Position numbers and translations under genes: made by a program. The notes beneath the pieces were generated by a model. The model saw only the letters and a program-made list of their open reading frames with translations, was not told the DNA's origin and did not search any database. This document shows, piece after piece, positions 1-8,774 of a stretch of DNA of 30,554 bases. Position 1 is the first letter of the stretch. Each line of letters begins with the position of its first letter. Source of the stretch: an uncultured Actinomycetota bacterium (GTDB lineage: Bacteria; Actinomycetota; Actinomycetes; JAFAQI01). The stretch is from positions 1 through 30,554 of the forward strand of contig CAVYQE010000003.1 of NCBI GenBank assembly GCA_963770565.1, in the 5' to 3' direction.

Positions 1-1
1 C

Positions 2-82
2 GACACCGACCTGCGTGAGCTGGCGGCCGAGAAAGCCGGCCTCGAAGAGGTCTGGCTCCAGCTCGCCGACGGGGCGAGCTGA
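2..82 (+). CDS. C-terminal fragment of a probable ABC-F family ATP-binding protein (Uup-like), truncated by window edge
   Basis: Frame 2 reads DTDLRELAAEKAGLEEVWLQLADGAS*, resembling the C-terminal coiled coil (LE..W..L) of ABC-F proteins; this gene commonly lies near the tRNA-Gln/glmU locus in actinobacteria. Only 26 codons are visible. Confidence 0.6.
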   Translation, partial: DTDLRELAAEKAGLEEVWLQLADGAS

Positions 83-83
83 C

Positions 84-1055
84 TCAGGCCGCGGGCGCGA
101 GCTTCCCGGCGACCCGTTCGGCGGAGGGCCATCGCACGTCGTACGCGAGGTGCAGCTTTTCGAAGGCCCAGATGACCCGCGCCGTCGAGTCGAGCTGGCC
201 CCGAAGCACACCGTGGCGGGCGGCGGTGGGGTCGGCGTGGTGCAGGTTGTGCCAGGACTCACCCATCGACGGGACCGCGAGCCACCACACGTTGCCGGAT
301 TTGTCGCGCGTGCTGAACGGTCGCTTCCCGATGGTGTGGCAGATCGAGTTGATCGACCAGGTCACGTGGTGCAGCACCGCGACCCGGACCAGGCTGCCCC
401 AGAAGAACGCAGTCACCGCACCCTGCCAGCGACCGCCGGACCAGGCGAAGCCGAGCAGCGCGGGCAGCAACAGGCTGGTGGCGCTCAGCCACGGGAAGGC
501 CTTCGACACCCGAACGATCGCGCGGTCGGCGAGCAGGTCGGGAGCGAACCGCTGATGGTTCGTCTGCTCGACATCGAACATCCAGCCGATGTGGGCGTGC
601 CAGAGCCCCTTCATCAGCGCGCGCATGGTCTCGCCATAACGCCAGGGGGAGTGCGGATCGCCGTCGCGGTCGCTGTAGGCGTGGTGGCGGCGGTGGTCGG
701 CGACCCAGCGGATGACCGGTCCTTCGATTGCGAGGCTGCCGGCGACCGCGAGTGCGACTCTGAGCACCTTCGTCGCCTTGAACGCGCCGTGGGTGAAGTA
801 GCGGTGGAACCCGACCGTGATGCCGTGTCCGCTGATCGCGTACATCGCAAGCGCAATCACGATGTCGTGCCAGCCGAGACCCCAACCCCAGGCCACCGGT
901 ACGGCGGCGACCACGGCAGCCAACGGCACTGCGATCAGGAGCAGGAGCACGATCTGCTCGGCCCGGGCGCCGCGCGGCGAGCGGGTCATCGTCGTGGCCG
1001 GCGTGGCGCGCTGGGTCAGCAAGAGGTCATCGGACTTGGTCGCCGTTTGCGTCAT
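84..1055 (-). CDS. Acyl-CoA (delta-9-type) membrane fatty acid desaturase
   Basis: Three His boxes (HRYFTH, HRRHH, HNLHH), DPHSP and GESWHNLHH motifs, hydrophobic segments. ATG at 1055 is preceded by GGGAG, so it is preferred over 1067. Confidence 0.93.
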   Translation of the reverse strand: MTQTATKSDDLLLTQRATPATTMTRSPRGARAEQIVLLLLIAVPLAAVVAAVPVAWGWGLGWHDIVIALAMYAISGHGITVGFHRYFTHGAFKATKVLRVALAVAGSLAIEGPVIRWVADHRRHHAYSDRDGDPHSPWRYGETMRALMKGLWHAHIGWMFDVEQTNHQRFAPDLLADRAIVRVSKAFPWLSATSLLLPALLGFAWSGGRWQGAVTAFFWGSLVRVAVLHHVTWSINSICHTIGKRPFSTRDKSGNVWWLAVPSMGESWHNLHHADPTAARHGVLRGQLDSTARVIWAFEKLHLAYDVRWPSAERVAGKLAPAA

Positions 1056-1099
1056 CGGATCTCCCATCGCGGTCCTGCCACGATGGTTGCACGCGCACC

Positions 1100-1108
1100 T
1101 GTGGACAA
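1100..1108 (-). promoter_or_regulatory. DnaA-box consensus TTGTCCACA in the divergent promoter region
   Basis: The + strand TGTGGACAA is the reverse complement of TTGTCCACA, the actinobacterial DnaA-box consensus. Single copy, so function is unproven. Confidence 0.4.
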
Positions 1109-1147
1109 ACTCTGGAGATCGTCACACCCGGCCCCGACGATTGATCG

Positions 1148-2191
1148 ATGATCATCAACGAACGGGATCGCCGCCGAATCGGCCGGGCCCGCCTGCTGCG
1201 ACGAGCCGGCCACACCTACGACGAGATCCGCGCCGCCATCGGCCCGGTCGGCAACGACCAACTCTCCACCTGGTTCAAAGGCATCCGCCGCCCGGCAGCG
1301 ACCCGGCGGACACACAGCCTCCCCGAGACTCGATCGCAGTGCCGCAGGCTGCGGGCCCAAGGCCTGACCTACGACGAGATCGCTGCCATCACCGGTGCGA
1401 GCAAGGGCTCGATCAGCCCCTGGGTTCGTGATGTCTGCTTGCCCGCCCGGCTGCGGGACCAGCGGACCGCTCGGCAGGCGTTGGGACGGGTACGTGCCGG
1501 TCAAGCGCTGCACGAAAGGGCCGAGAACCGCCGGTTCGCCCGGGTCGAGCAAGGTCGTCGTTCGGTCGGGGCCGTCAGTGACCGAGAGCTGTTTCTGATC
1601 GGGGTCGCGCTGTATTGGGCCGAAGGCAGCAAGTCCAAGCCGTGGCGCCGAGCGCGCCGCGTGAAGATCGTCAACAGCGACCCCAAGGTGCTTCGGATCT
1701 TCCTCGCCTGGCTTGACCTCGTCGGAGTGCCGGATGAGGCTCGTGGGTACCGCCTGAACATCCATGTCACGGCCGACGCAGTGCAGCACGAGTCTTGGTG
1801 GGCGCGCGAGTTGGGCTTGACCACCGATCGATTTCGGGCGGTGACCCTGAAGCGGCACAACCCGCAGCCCGGGCGTTACAACCTCGGTGACGACTACCAT
1901 GGATGTTTGGTCATCGATGTGGCGAAATCGACTGGGTTGTATGACGCGATCGACGGTTGGTGGCAGGCAATCCATGACTCCAGACCAGTCGCCCGAGGCC
2001 CACAATCCCTAGGCTGCAAGGAGATCCTTCCCGGATCGTCTAACGGCAGGACGCGAAGTTTTGGTCTTCGTCATGGAGGTTCGATTCCTTCTCCGGGAGC
2101 AGTCAGCGCACCCACCGCTTCGAGTTCGGCCTGCGTCGGACCAACACCGTGGCTGCCGACACGATGGTGGGACTCGATCGGCGGGTCGTGA
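1148..2191 (+). CDS. Hypothetical protein with two N-terminal HTH repeats and a LAGLIDADG-like C-terminal domain; the conserved-looking part ends near 1975
   Basis: Repeated LRRAGHTYDEI / LRAQGLTYDEIAAITGASKGSISPWVRD (HTH-like), then LFLIGVALYWAEGSK, NSDP, RLNIH, WW, LKRHNP, YHGCL and GWW. The C-terminal ~70 codons run through the tRNA gene and are doubtful. Confidence 0.7.
   Translation: MIINERDRRRIGRARLLRRAGHTYDEIRAAIGPVGNDQLSTWFKGIRRPAATRRTHSLPETRSQCRRLRAQGLTYDEIAAITGASKGSISPWVRDVCLPARLRDQRTARQALGRVRAGQALHERAENRRFARVEQGRRSVGAVSDRELFLIGVALYWAEGSKSKPWRRARRVKIVNSDPKVLRIFLAWLDLVGVPDEARGYRLNIHVTADAVQHESWWARELGLTTDRFRAVTLKRHNPQPGRYNLGDDYHGCLVIDVAKSTGLYDAIDGWWQAIHDSRPVARGPQSLGCKEILPGSSNGRTRSFGLRHGGSIPSPGAVSAPTASSSACVGPTPWLPTRWWDSIGGS
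2010..2015 (+). promoter_or_regulatory. Putative -10 element (TAGGCT) for tRNA-Gln
   Basis: TANNNT hexamer ending 13 nt upstream of the mature tRNA 5' end. Confidence 0.45.
2029..2099 (+). tRNA. tRNA-Gln (anticodon TTG), CCA not encoded
   Basis: Acceptor stem TCCCGGA/TCCGGGA plus discriminator G; anticodon stem CGAAG/CTTCG with loop TTTTGGT (TTG at 2061-2063); T arm GGAGG-TTCGATT-CCTTC; the usual position upstream of glmU. Confidence 0.96.
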
Positions 2192-2246
2192 GGCTCGGTA
2201 GGCTCGGCGGTGGCCTTCCCCGTCGTACTGCGTTCCAGGAGCCTGG

Positions 2247-3728
2247 GTGACTGACACCGCGCCGGCCGCTGTCGTGGTGCTCGCGGCGGGCGAAGGCAAG
2301 CGGATGAAATCCGAGCTCGCGAAGGTGCTGCACGCGATCTGCGGGCGCTCCCTGCTCGGTCATGTGCTCGCCGCCGCGGCGCCGCTTGGCGCGCCGACAA
2401 CCGTGGTTGTCGTCGGCAACAAGCGGCACCAGGTGATCGACCATCTTGCCGAGATCGATCCCACGGCTCAGGCGGTCGTGCAGGACGAGCAGCTCGGCAC
2501 CGGGCACGCCACCCTGCTCGCGCTCGACGCCCTTGGCGCGACGACGACCGGCACGGTCCTCGTCCTGCCCGGTGACACCCCGCTGCTGACCAGCACGACA
2601 CTCGAGCAGCTGGTCGCCCGGCACCAGGAGATCGGCGCGACCGCGACCCTGCTCACTGCGAGCCTCGACGACCCGACCGGGTATGGACGGGTGGTCCGGG
2701 ACGCGGACGGCCACGTCCGCGAAGTGGTCGAGGATCGCGACGCCGACGACCGGACCCGCCAGATCCATGAGATCAACACCAGTGTCTACGCGTTCGAGAT
2801 CGACAAGCTGCGCGCGGTGCTGGCGAAGGTCGGCACCCACAACGCGCAGGGCGAGCGCTACCTGACCGACGTGGTCGGTCTACTGGCCTCGGCCGGCGAG
2901 GTGGTAGCGAGTGTGGCGACCGACGACCCGGTCGAGACGCTGGGCGTCAACGACCGGATCCAGCTGGCCGTCGTACGCCGGACGATGCGGGACCGGATCG
3001 TCGAGCACTGGATGCGTGAGGGCGTGACGATCACCGACCCGCAGACGACCTGGATGGGTGTGCGGGTCACGATCGAGGCCGACGCCACGATTCACCAGAA
3101 CACCCAGCTCCATGGCGCGACGCATATCGCGCGGATGGCGACCGTCGGCCCCGATTGCACCTTGCGCGACACGATCGTCGGTGAGGGCGCATCGGTCACG
3201 AAGTCGCAATGCACCCGGGCCGAGATCGGCCGCGATGCCACCGTCGGGCCGTTCGCATTCCTGCGCCCGGGCACCGTGCTCGGTGCGGGTGTGAAGGCAG
3301 GCGCGTTCGTCGAGCTCAAGCAGGCCGTCGTCGGCGACGGGAGCAAGGTGCCACACCTGTCGTACGTCGGTGACGCCGAGATCGGCGAGCGGACGAACAT
3401 CGGTGCGGCCACCGTGTTTGTGAACTACGACGGCTCCGAGAAGCACCCGACCAAGGTCGGCGACGACGTCCGGATCGGCTCCGACACGATGCTGGTTGCG
3501 CCCGTCACGATCGGCGACGGGGCCTATACCGCGGCCGGCTCGGTCATCACCAACGACGTCCCGCCAGGGGCGATGGGCGTCGGGCGGTCCCGGCAGCGGA
3601 ACGTCGAGGGCTGGGTGGAGCGACGCCGGCCTGACTCGGCATCGGCCCGGGCGGCCCGGCGGGCCCGCGGCGAGTCCACAATGGATGACACTTCCCCGTC
3701 CGAGACCGAGCAAGGGGCAGACGAGTGA
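2247..3728 (+). CDS. glmU: Bifunctional UDP-GlcNAc pyrophosphorylase / glucosamine-1-phosphate N-acetyltransferase
   Basis: [37 protein letters not shown] and hexapeptide repeats; AGGAG RBS at 2237-2241 before the GTG. Confidence 0.98.
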   Translation: MTDTAPAAVVVLAAGEGKRMKSELAKVLHAICGRSLLGHVLAAAAPLGAPTTVVVVGNKRHQVIDHLAEIDPTAQAVVQDEQLGTGHATLLALDALGATTTGTVLVLPGDTPLLTSTTLEQLVARHQEIGATATLLTASLDDPTGYGRVVRDADGHVREVVEDRDADDRTRQIHEINTSVYAFEIDKLRAVLAKVGTHNAQGERYLTDVVGLLASAGEVVASVATDDPVETLGVNDRIQLAVVRRTMRDRIVEHWMREGVTITDPQTTWMGVRVTIEADATIHQNTQLHGATHIARMATVGPDCTLRDTIVGEGASVTKSQCTRAEIGRDATVGPFAFLRPGTVLGAGVKAGAFVELKQAVVGDGSKVPHLSYVGDAEIGERTNIGAATVFVNYDGSEKHPTKVGDDVRIGSDTMLVAPVTIGDGAYTAAGSVITNDVPPGAMGVGRSRQRNVEGWVERRRPDSASARAARRARGESTMDDTSPSETEQGADE

Positions 3729-4705
3729 CGGGCATCAAGACCACCGGCGAGAAGACCCTGCTGCTCTTTTCCGGTCGGGCACATCCGGCGTTGGCCGACG
3801 AGGTCGCCTTCGAGCTCGAGCTCTCGGTCAGCCCGACGATGATCCGCGAGTTCCCGAACGGGGAGATCTACGCCCGCCCGGAGGAGTCGGTGCGCGGCTG
3901 CGACGCGTTCGTGATCCAGGCGTTCGGCCCGCCGATCAACAAATGGATCATGGAGCAGCTGATCATGGTCGACGCGCTGAAGCGCGCCTCGGCCAAGCGG
4001 ATCACCGTGGTCATGCCGTTCTATCCCTACGCACGGCAGGACAAGAAGCACCTCGGCCGCGAGCCGATCTCGGCCCGGCTGATGGCCGATCTGTTCAAGG
4101 TGGCCGGCGCAGACCGGTTGATGTCGGTGGACCTGCACACCGCGCAGATCCAGGGGTTCTTCGACGGTCCGGTCGACCACCTGTTCGCCCTGCCGTTGCT
4201 CGCCGACTACATCGCCAACCACTACGACCCGGCCAGCTTCACCGTCGTCTCGCCGGACACCGGCCGGGTGCGGATGGCGGAGCGTTGGGCCGACCGACTC
4301 GGCGGCGTACCGGTGGCATTCGTCCACAAGACCCGCGATCCGAAGGCGCCCAACCAGGTGGTCGCACACCGGGTCGTCGGCGACGTCGACGGCCGGGCCT
4401 GTCTGCTGATCGACGACATGATCGCGACCGGCGGCACCATCACGAAGGCCGCCGACATCCTGCTGGACTCCGGCGCCTCCGATGTCATCGTCGCGGCGAC
4501 CCACGGGGAGTTCTCGGAGCCGGCGATCGACCGGCTGAAGAACAGCCGGATCAGCGAGGTCGTGGTGACCAACACGCTGCCGACGTCGGACGAGCAGTTC
4601 TTCGACCGGCTGACCGTGCTCTCGATCGCGCCGCTGATCGGCCGGGCGATTCGCGAGATCTTCCAGGACGGCTCAGTCACCAGTCTGTTCGACGGGAACG
4701 CCTGA
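3725..4705 (+). CDS. prs: Ribose-phosphate pyrophosphokinase
   Basis: [41 protein letters not shown]; GTGA overlap with the glmU stop. Confidence 0.98.
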   Translation: MTGIKTTGEKTLLLFSGRAHPALADEVAFELELSVSPTMIREFPNGEIYARPEESVRGCDAFVIQAFGPPINKWIMEQLIMVDALKRASAKRITVVMPFYPYARQDKKHLGREPISARLMADLFKVAGADRLMSVDLHTAQIQGFFDGPVDHLFALPLLADYIANHYDPASFTVVSPDTGRVRMAERWADRLGGVPVAFVHKTRDPKAPNQVVAHRVVGDVDGRACLLIDDMIATGGTITKAADILLDSGASDVIVAATHGEFSEPAIDRLKNSRISEVVVTNTLPTSDEQFFDRLTVLSIAPLIGRAIREIFQDGSVTSLFDGNA

Positions 4706-4710
4706 GTCGG

Positions 4711-5793
4711 CTAGTTCGTGATGCCGGTGATGTAGGGCGCGACCGATGACTTCGCGAAGCCCGCACTCGCCGCCGCTGAGTTGACCAGGTTGAAGTCGCA
4801 GGTCGATGTGTACTTGTCGCTCCACTCCATGACGGCCTTGATCTGCGGCAGCCGCTTCAGCGCCGCAGCGACGCCGGCGTACCACGCGGTGACCTGTGGT
4901 CCCGGTGCCGACGCATACTCCCCGAGCATGATCGGCTTGCTCCGCATGCCGGGCTGGGCTTGAAGCCAGTTGTAGAACGGCTGGAAGGTCTGGTACGGCG
5001 TGCGCCAGGGCTGACCGCGGCACTGGGCGAAGTTGTACGGGTCGTAACCCACCCAGTCGACGTATGCCGAACCCGGATAGCTGGCGACGAGCTGGGCTGC
5101 ATGGCCGACGTCGCTCGTCGTGACCCAGGCCCAGATCACGTTGTGCACGCCGGCGTTCTGCATGACCGTGTGGATGTGCCGGTAGGCGGCGACATACTGC
5201 GCCGGCGTTCCCTTGCCGGCCTGCGCCTTGCTGTCGAACTCGTGGTTGAAGTCGATGAAGACCTTGTGAGGGAAGCTCTTGAGCCGTTGTGCCTCGGGCA
5301 GGATCACCGACTTGTCCCAGGTGCCGTTGGCGATGGACTGGTAGGAGACCTTGGCCCGGGTGCTGAAGTTGGCCGCGGTCCAGCTGAAGTCGAGGATCCG
5401 CTGGCCGTTGCCGGCGAGCGAGACCTCTTGGGCGTTCGGGAAGGTGTGTCCCGGCATCCAACCCACGTAGTTCTTGATGATGTCGAAGCGCCGGCCGGCC
5501 AGCTTCTCGTACGCGGCGTAGTCCTGCACTTCGTGACCGGCGCCCGGCACCTCCGGCGCATACAACCCCCACAGCACGCCGCAGGCCGGCACATCGATGG
5601 CCGACTTCTTGCAGACGTTGTGAATGACTCTGGGTTTCTTGGCCTTCGCCGCTCCGGCACCGGCGCTCGATTGGGTGCGGGTCGATCCGAGTCCTGGCGG
5701 TGCTGCGGCAATCGCGACGATCAGCACGCCCGCGAGGGCGATTGCCAATACAACGAGCGCAGCCGGACGTACCACTTTGGTCGCGCGTTCCAT
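4711..5793 (-). CDS. Secreted or membrane-anchored GH26-like glycoside hydrolase
   Basis: N-terminal hydrophobic segment; FNHEFD (acid/base), YPGSAYVDWVGYDPYN and KPIMLGEYA (nucleophile). Start at ATG 5793 (GGGGAG upstream) is uncertain. Confidence 0.8.
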   Translation of the reverse strand: MERATKVVRPAALVVLAIALAGVLIVAIAAAPPGLGSTRTQSSAGAGAAKAKKPRVIHNVCKKSAIDVPACGVLWGLYAPEVPGAGHEVQDYAAYEKLAGRRFDIIKNYVGWMPGHTFPNAQEVSLAGNGQRILDFSWTAANFSTRAKVSYQSIANGTWDKSVILPEAQRLKSFPHKVFIDFNHEFDSKAQAGKGTPAQYVAAYRHIHTVMQNAGVHNVIWAWVTTSDVGHAAQLVASYPGSAYVDWVGYDPYNFAQCRGQPWRTPYQTFQPFYNWLQAQPGMRSKPIMLGEYASAPGPQVTAWYAGVAAALKRLPQIKAVMEWSDKYTSTCDFNLVNSAAASAGFAKSSVAPYITGITN

Positions 5794-5926
5794 GAACTCC
5801 CCATTGGCAGGAAGGCGGGCCTTCACAACGTCGGTCGGTTTTTCCGTTGGCGCATTGCGGCCACTGGTCAAGGTGAGGGTACTCCGGGGGTCATCGGGCG
5901 CCGCCCGGCGACACTGCGATTCAGCG

Positions 5927-6841
5927 CTAAGAGTTCAGGTCCTCGACATACAGCGCGGCGTACTCGGTGAGGCATTCCTGCCAGGTGCGCATCACGTCGA
6001 GCCCGCGCTCGCCGAGCTTGAAGTTCACCAGCTGCTCCGACGCCGGCCGCTCGGCAAAGTACTCGGCGGCGAAGAACTCACTCGTCACCGGATGAACCGT
6101 CACCTGTTCGGACATTCCGATCGCTTCGACGAATGCGCACGCGACGTCGTACCGGCTGCTCATGCCGTGGCAGACCTGGTTGTAGACCCCGTGCAGATCG
6201 CTCTTGACCACGTGTTCGATGCCGCGCGCGAAGTCCAGCGTGTACGTCGGCGTGCCGAGCTTGTCGGTGACCGCGTGCAGCTCGCGGGCGCCACCCTTGA
6301 TCTGCTTGTAGACCTTGTTGACGAACTTCTTGTCCAGCTGCGGGCCGCCGCCCATCATCCAGCCGGCCCGGAACACGAAGTACTGGTCGCAGGTGCGCTC
6401 GACGAAGCGCTCGCCGTAGAGCTTGCTCTTCGCGTAGACGGTCAGCGGCAGCGGCTCGTCGTAGTCGAGGTATTCGGTCTTCTCCCCGCCGAAGATGCCG
6501 GCCGTCGAGATGTAGACGCAGGGGATCTCCAGCTGCTGCGCGAGCAGCGCGCAGTTCTCCGCGCCGAGCGCGTTGTCCCGCCAGGCGGTGAGCGGCTCCC
6601 GCTCGCAGAACTCGAGGTCGGTCTGAGCGGCCAGGTTGATCAGCAGATCGGCGCCGAAGTCACGGACGTCGGTGCTGAGTTGCTCGAAGTTGGCAGCGTC
6701 GATCTGACCGAGCCAGTCGGCGCGTGGCTTCAGATCGGTGGCTCGGGTCTCGTAGCCGGCGCTGAAGTGGTTGAACACCGCTTCGCCGAGCATGCCGCCG
6801 GAGCCGACGAGGTAGACCCTCGCGTTGGCATCGAGGGTCAC
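5927..6841 (-). CDS. dTDP-4-dehydrorhamnose reductase-like extended SDR (RmlD family)
   Basis: GSGGMLG nucleotide-binding motif, INLAAQTD, YIST, YAKSK (YxxxK), DKLGTPTY and AERP; exact substrate uncertain. Confidence 0.85.
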   Translation of the reverse strand: MTLDANARVYLVGSGGMLGEAVFNHFSAGYETRATDLKPRADWLGQIDAANFEQLSTDVRDFGADLLINLAAQTDLEFCEREPLTAWRDNALGAENCALLAQQLEIPCVYISTAGIFGGEKTEYLDYDEPLPLTVYAKSKLYGERFVERTCDQYFVFRAGWMMGGGPQLDKKFVNKVYKQIKGGARELHAVTDKLGTPTYTLDFARGIEHVVKSDLHGVYNQVCHGMSSRYDVACAFVEAIGMSEQVTVHPVTSEFFAAEYFAERPASEQLVNFKLGERGLDVMRTWQECLTEYAALYVEDLNS

Positions 6842-7086
6842 TGTGCAGCCGACGACATTTAGGGCCTTCCCTCAGGTCCGATGGTCACCGTGGAGTGGCA
6901 GGCGCTGGGCGCCCGGCCCGGACCCTTCCAGTATTCCAGGGTGCGCGGGCGGGGCTCGTGGTGGCTCGCGGTGTGTTCGTGATGAGCGGGCCAGAGGCCG
7001 GAACCCGGCGGGTTCGGGCTGATTCGGTACGCATCGGTCATCGCGTCGGTGTCCGTCCTTTGTTTCCCGAGATCGGCAGCGTCGCC

Positions 7087-7092
7087 TAGACT
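7087..7092 (+). promoter_or_regulatory. Putative -10 element (TAGACT) for rplY-pth; RBS GGAGGAG at 7123-7129
   Basis: TANNNT hexamer ~45 nt upstream of the GTG start, followed by a strong Shine-Dalgarno sequence. Confidence 0.45.
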
Positions 7093-7136
7093 CGTTGACG
7101 CTCTGCTCATGAGCACCCTTCTGGAGGAGTTCAGTC

Positions 7137-7813
7137 GTGCCCGAGGTCCGTATGGTTGCCGAACCGCGCACCGAGTTCGGCAAGGGCGGCGCCCGCCGCA
7201 CCCGCCGCGCGGGCAAGGTGCCCGCGGTGCTGTACGGCCATGGCACCGACCCGCGGCACGTGTCGCTCCCGAGCCGCGAGTTCGAGCATGCACTGCGGAC
7301 GGATGGCGCGAACGTGCTGCTCGATCTGCAGCTTGTCGGGGGCAGCGAACTCGCTTTGCCGAAGTCGATCCAGCGCGACCCGATCAGGGGCGCGATCGAG
7401 CATGTCGATCTCATCCTGGTCCGCCGGGGTGAGCGGATCACGGTCGAGGTCGTCATCCAGGTCAGCGGCGAGGCGGTGGCGGGTGGTCTGCTCGACCAGT
7501 CGCTGACCACCCTGTCGGTGACGGCCGAGGCGACCAACATCCCGACCTCGGTCGTGGTATCGATCGAGGGTCTCGAGATCGGCCGATCCGTCCACGCGGG
7601 TGACATCGCCCTGCCCGAGGGCGTCGAGCTCGGCGGCGACAGCGACCAGGTGGTCGTCCACATCGTGCCTGCACCGACCGCCGAGGAGCTCGAGGCCGAG
7701 GTCGGCGAGGTCGAGCCGACCGCCGAGGCTGCGGAAGCGTCGCTGAGGCCGAGTTGGCGGAGCGGCGAGGCGAGGCCCCGGCACCGGCCGAGGGCGAAGC
7801 GGCTCAGGACTGA
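7137..7813 (+). CDS. rplY: 50S ribosomal protein L25 / general stress protein Ctc; one apparent single-base loss near 7740
   Basis: [31 protein letters not shown] and HVDL. The acidic Ala/Glu tail continues in another frame from 7742 (AEAELAE...EGEAAQD*) to TGA at 7811-7813; the 313-aa ORF is a read-through artefact. Confidence 0.93.
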
Positions 7814-7833
7814 CGTCCGGGAGCGTCGCTGCC

Positions 7834-8409
7834 GTGACCGGGACAGGTCCGTGGCTCGTCCTTGGCCTTGGCAACCCCGGCCCTCAGTACGCCGGCAACC
7901 GCCACAACGTGGGGTTCATGGTCCTCGACCTACTCGCCGATCGGGTCGGTGGCCGGTTCAAGAGCCACAAGGCCCGCGGCGAGGTGGTCGAGACGCGGGT
8001 CGCCGACCAGCGCGCGGTGCTGGCCAAACCGCGCTCGTACATGAACACCTCAGGTGGTCCGGCCGCCGCACTCCGTGACTTCTTCAAGGCTCCGATCGAG
8101 AAGATCGTCGTCGTCCACGACGAGCTCGATCTCGAGTCGGGTGCCTTGCGGCTCAAGCTCGGAGGTGGCGACAACGGTCACAACGGGCTGAAGTCGCTGC
8201 GCCAGTCGCTGGGATCCGGAGACTTCTACCGGGTGCGGCTCGGGATCGGCCGGCCGCCGGGACGTCAGGACCCGGCCGACTTCGTGCTCCGTGACTTCTC
8301 CGCGGCCGAACGCAAGGACCTTGGTGTCCACCTCGAGCGAGCCGCGGATGCGATCGAGACGTTGATCGGAGACGGGCTGGCCGCGGCCCAAAACGCGTAC
8401 AACACCTAA
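7834..8409 (+). CDS. pth: Peptidyl-tRNA hydrolase
   Basis: [32 protein letters not shown] and RLGIGRP. Confidence 0.98.
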   Translation: MTGTGPWLVLGLGNPGPQYAGNRHNVGFMVLDLLADRVGGRFKSHKARGEVVETRVADQRAVLAKPRSYMNTSGGPAAALRDFFKAPIEKIVVVHDELDLESGALRLKLGGGDNGHNGLKSLRQSLGSGDFYRVRLGIGRPPGRQDPADFVLRDFSAAERKDLGVHLERAADAIETLIGDGLAAAQNAYNT

Positions 8410-8444
8410 CCTCCCGTTGTCAGCGACGGCGGTAGGGTTCGGCC

Positions 8445-8765
8445 ATGATCGTCGTGACCACCAATGACCTGCCGGGCTGGCAGATCGACGAGGTGCTCGG
8501 TGAGGTCTGGGGCCTGACCGTCCGTTCGCGGAACGCCTTCTCACAGATGGGCGCCGGCTTGAAGTCGATGTTCGGCGGAGAGCTGAAGGGCATGACCAAA
8601 GCGTTGTACGAGAGTCGCAACGAGGTCATGAACCGGATGATGGAAGAAGCTCAACGTCGGGGTGGCAACGCGGTCCTGGCGATGCGCTTCGACACCTCCG
8701 AGATGGGCGATGTCTGGACTGAGATCTGTGCGTACGGCACCGCGGTGCGGGCGACCAAGCGCTGA
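8445..8765 (+). CDS. YbjQ / UPF0145 family protein
   Basis: 106 aa; MIVVTTNDLPG...VRSRN...GGELKGMT...GGNAVLAMRFD...AYGTAV. Confidence 0.92.
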   Translation: MIVVTTNDLPGWQIDEVLGEVWGLTVRSRNAFSQMGAGLKSMFGGELKGMTKALYESRNEVMNRMMEEAQRRGGNAVLAMRFDTSEMGDVWTEICAYGTAVRATKR

Positions 8766-8774
8766 ATTCTGCGG

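Noticed and set aside
15-1151. Long antisense or alternative-frame ORFs here and throughout (e.g. 1052-2005, 3524-4504, 5624-6862, 23178-24848)
   Set aside because: Shadow ORFs typical of high-GC DNA; they overlap well-supported genes and show no recognisable motifs.
2029-2102. tRNA as attachment site of an integrated element
   Set aside because: No integrase or transposase and no duplicated tRNA 3' end was noticed in the window; glmU follows directly.
6859-7120. Small His-containing ORF and short hairpins (GAACCC/GGGTTC at 7001-7015; TGCTCATGAGCA at 7104-7115) between the RmlD-like gene and rplY
   Set aside because: No recognisable family or riboswitch; stems this short are expected by chance.
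7740-8078. Extended L25 C-terminus overlapping pth
   Set aside because: The typical acidic tail and stop (7813) lie in another frame; a single-base error is the simplest explanation.
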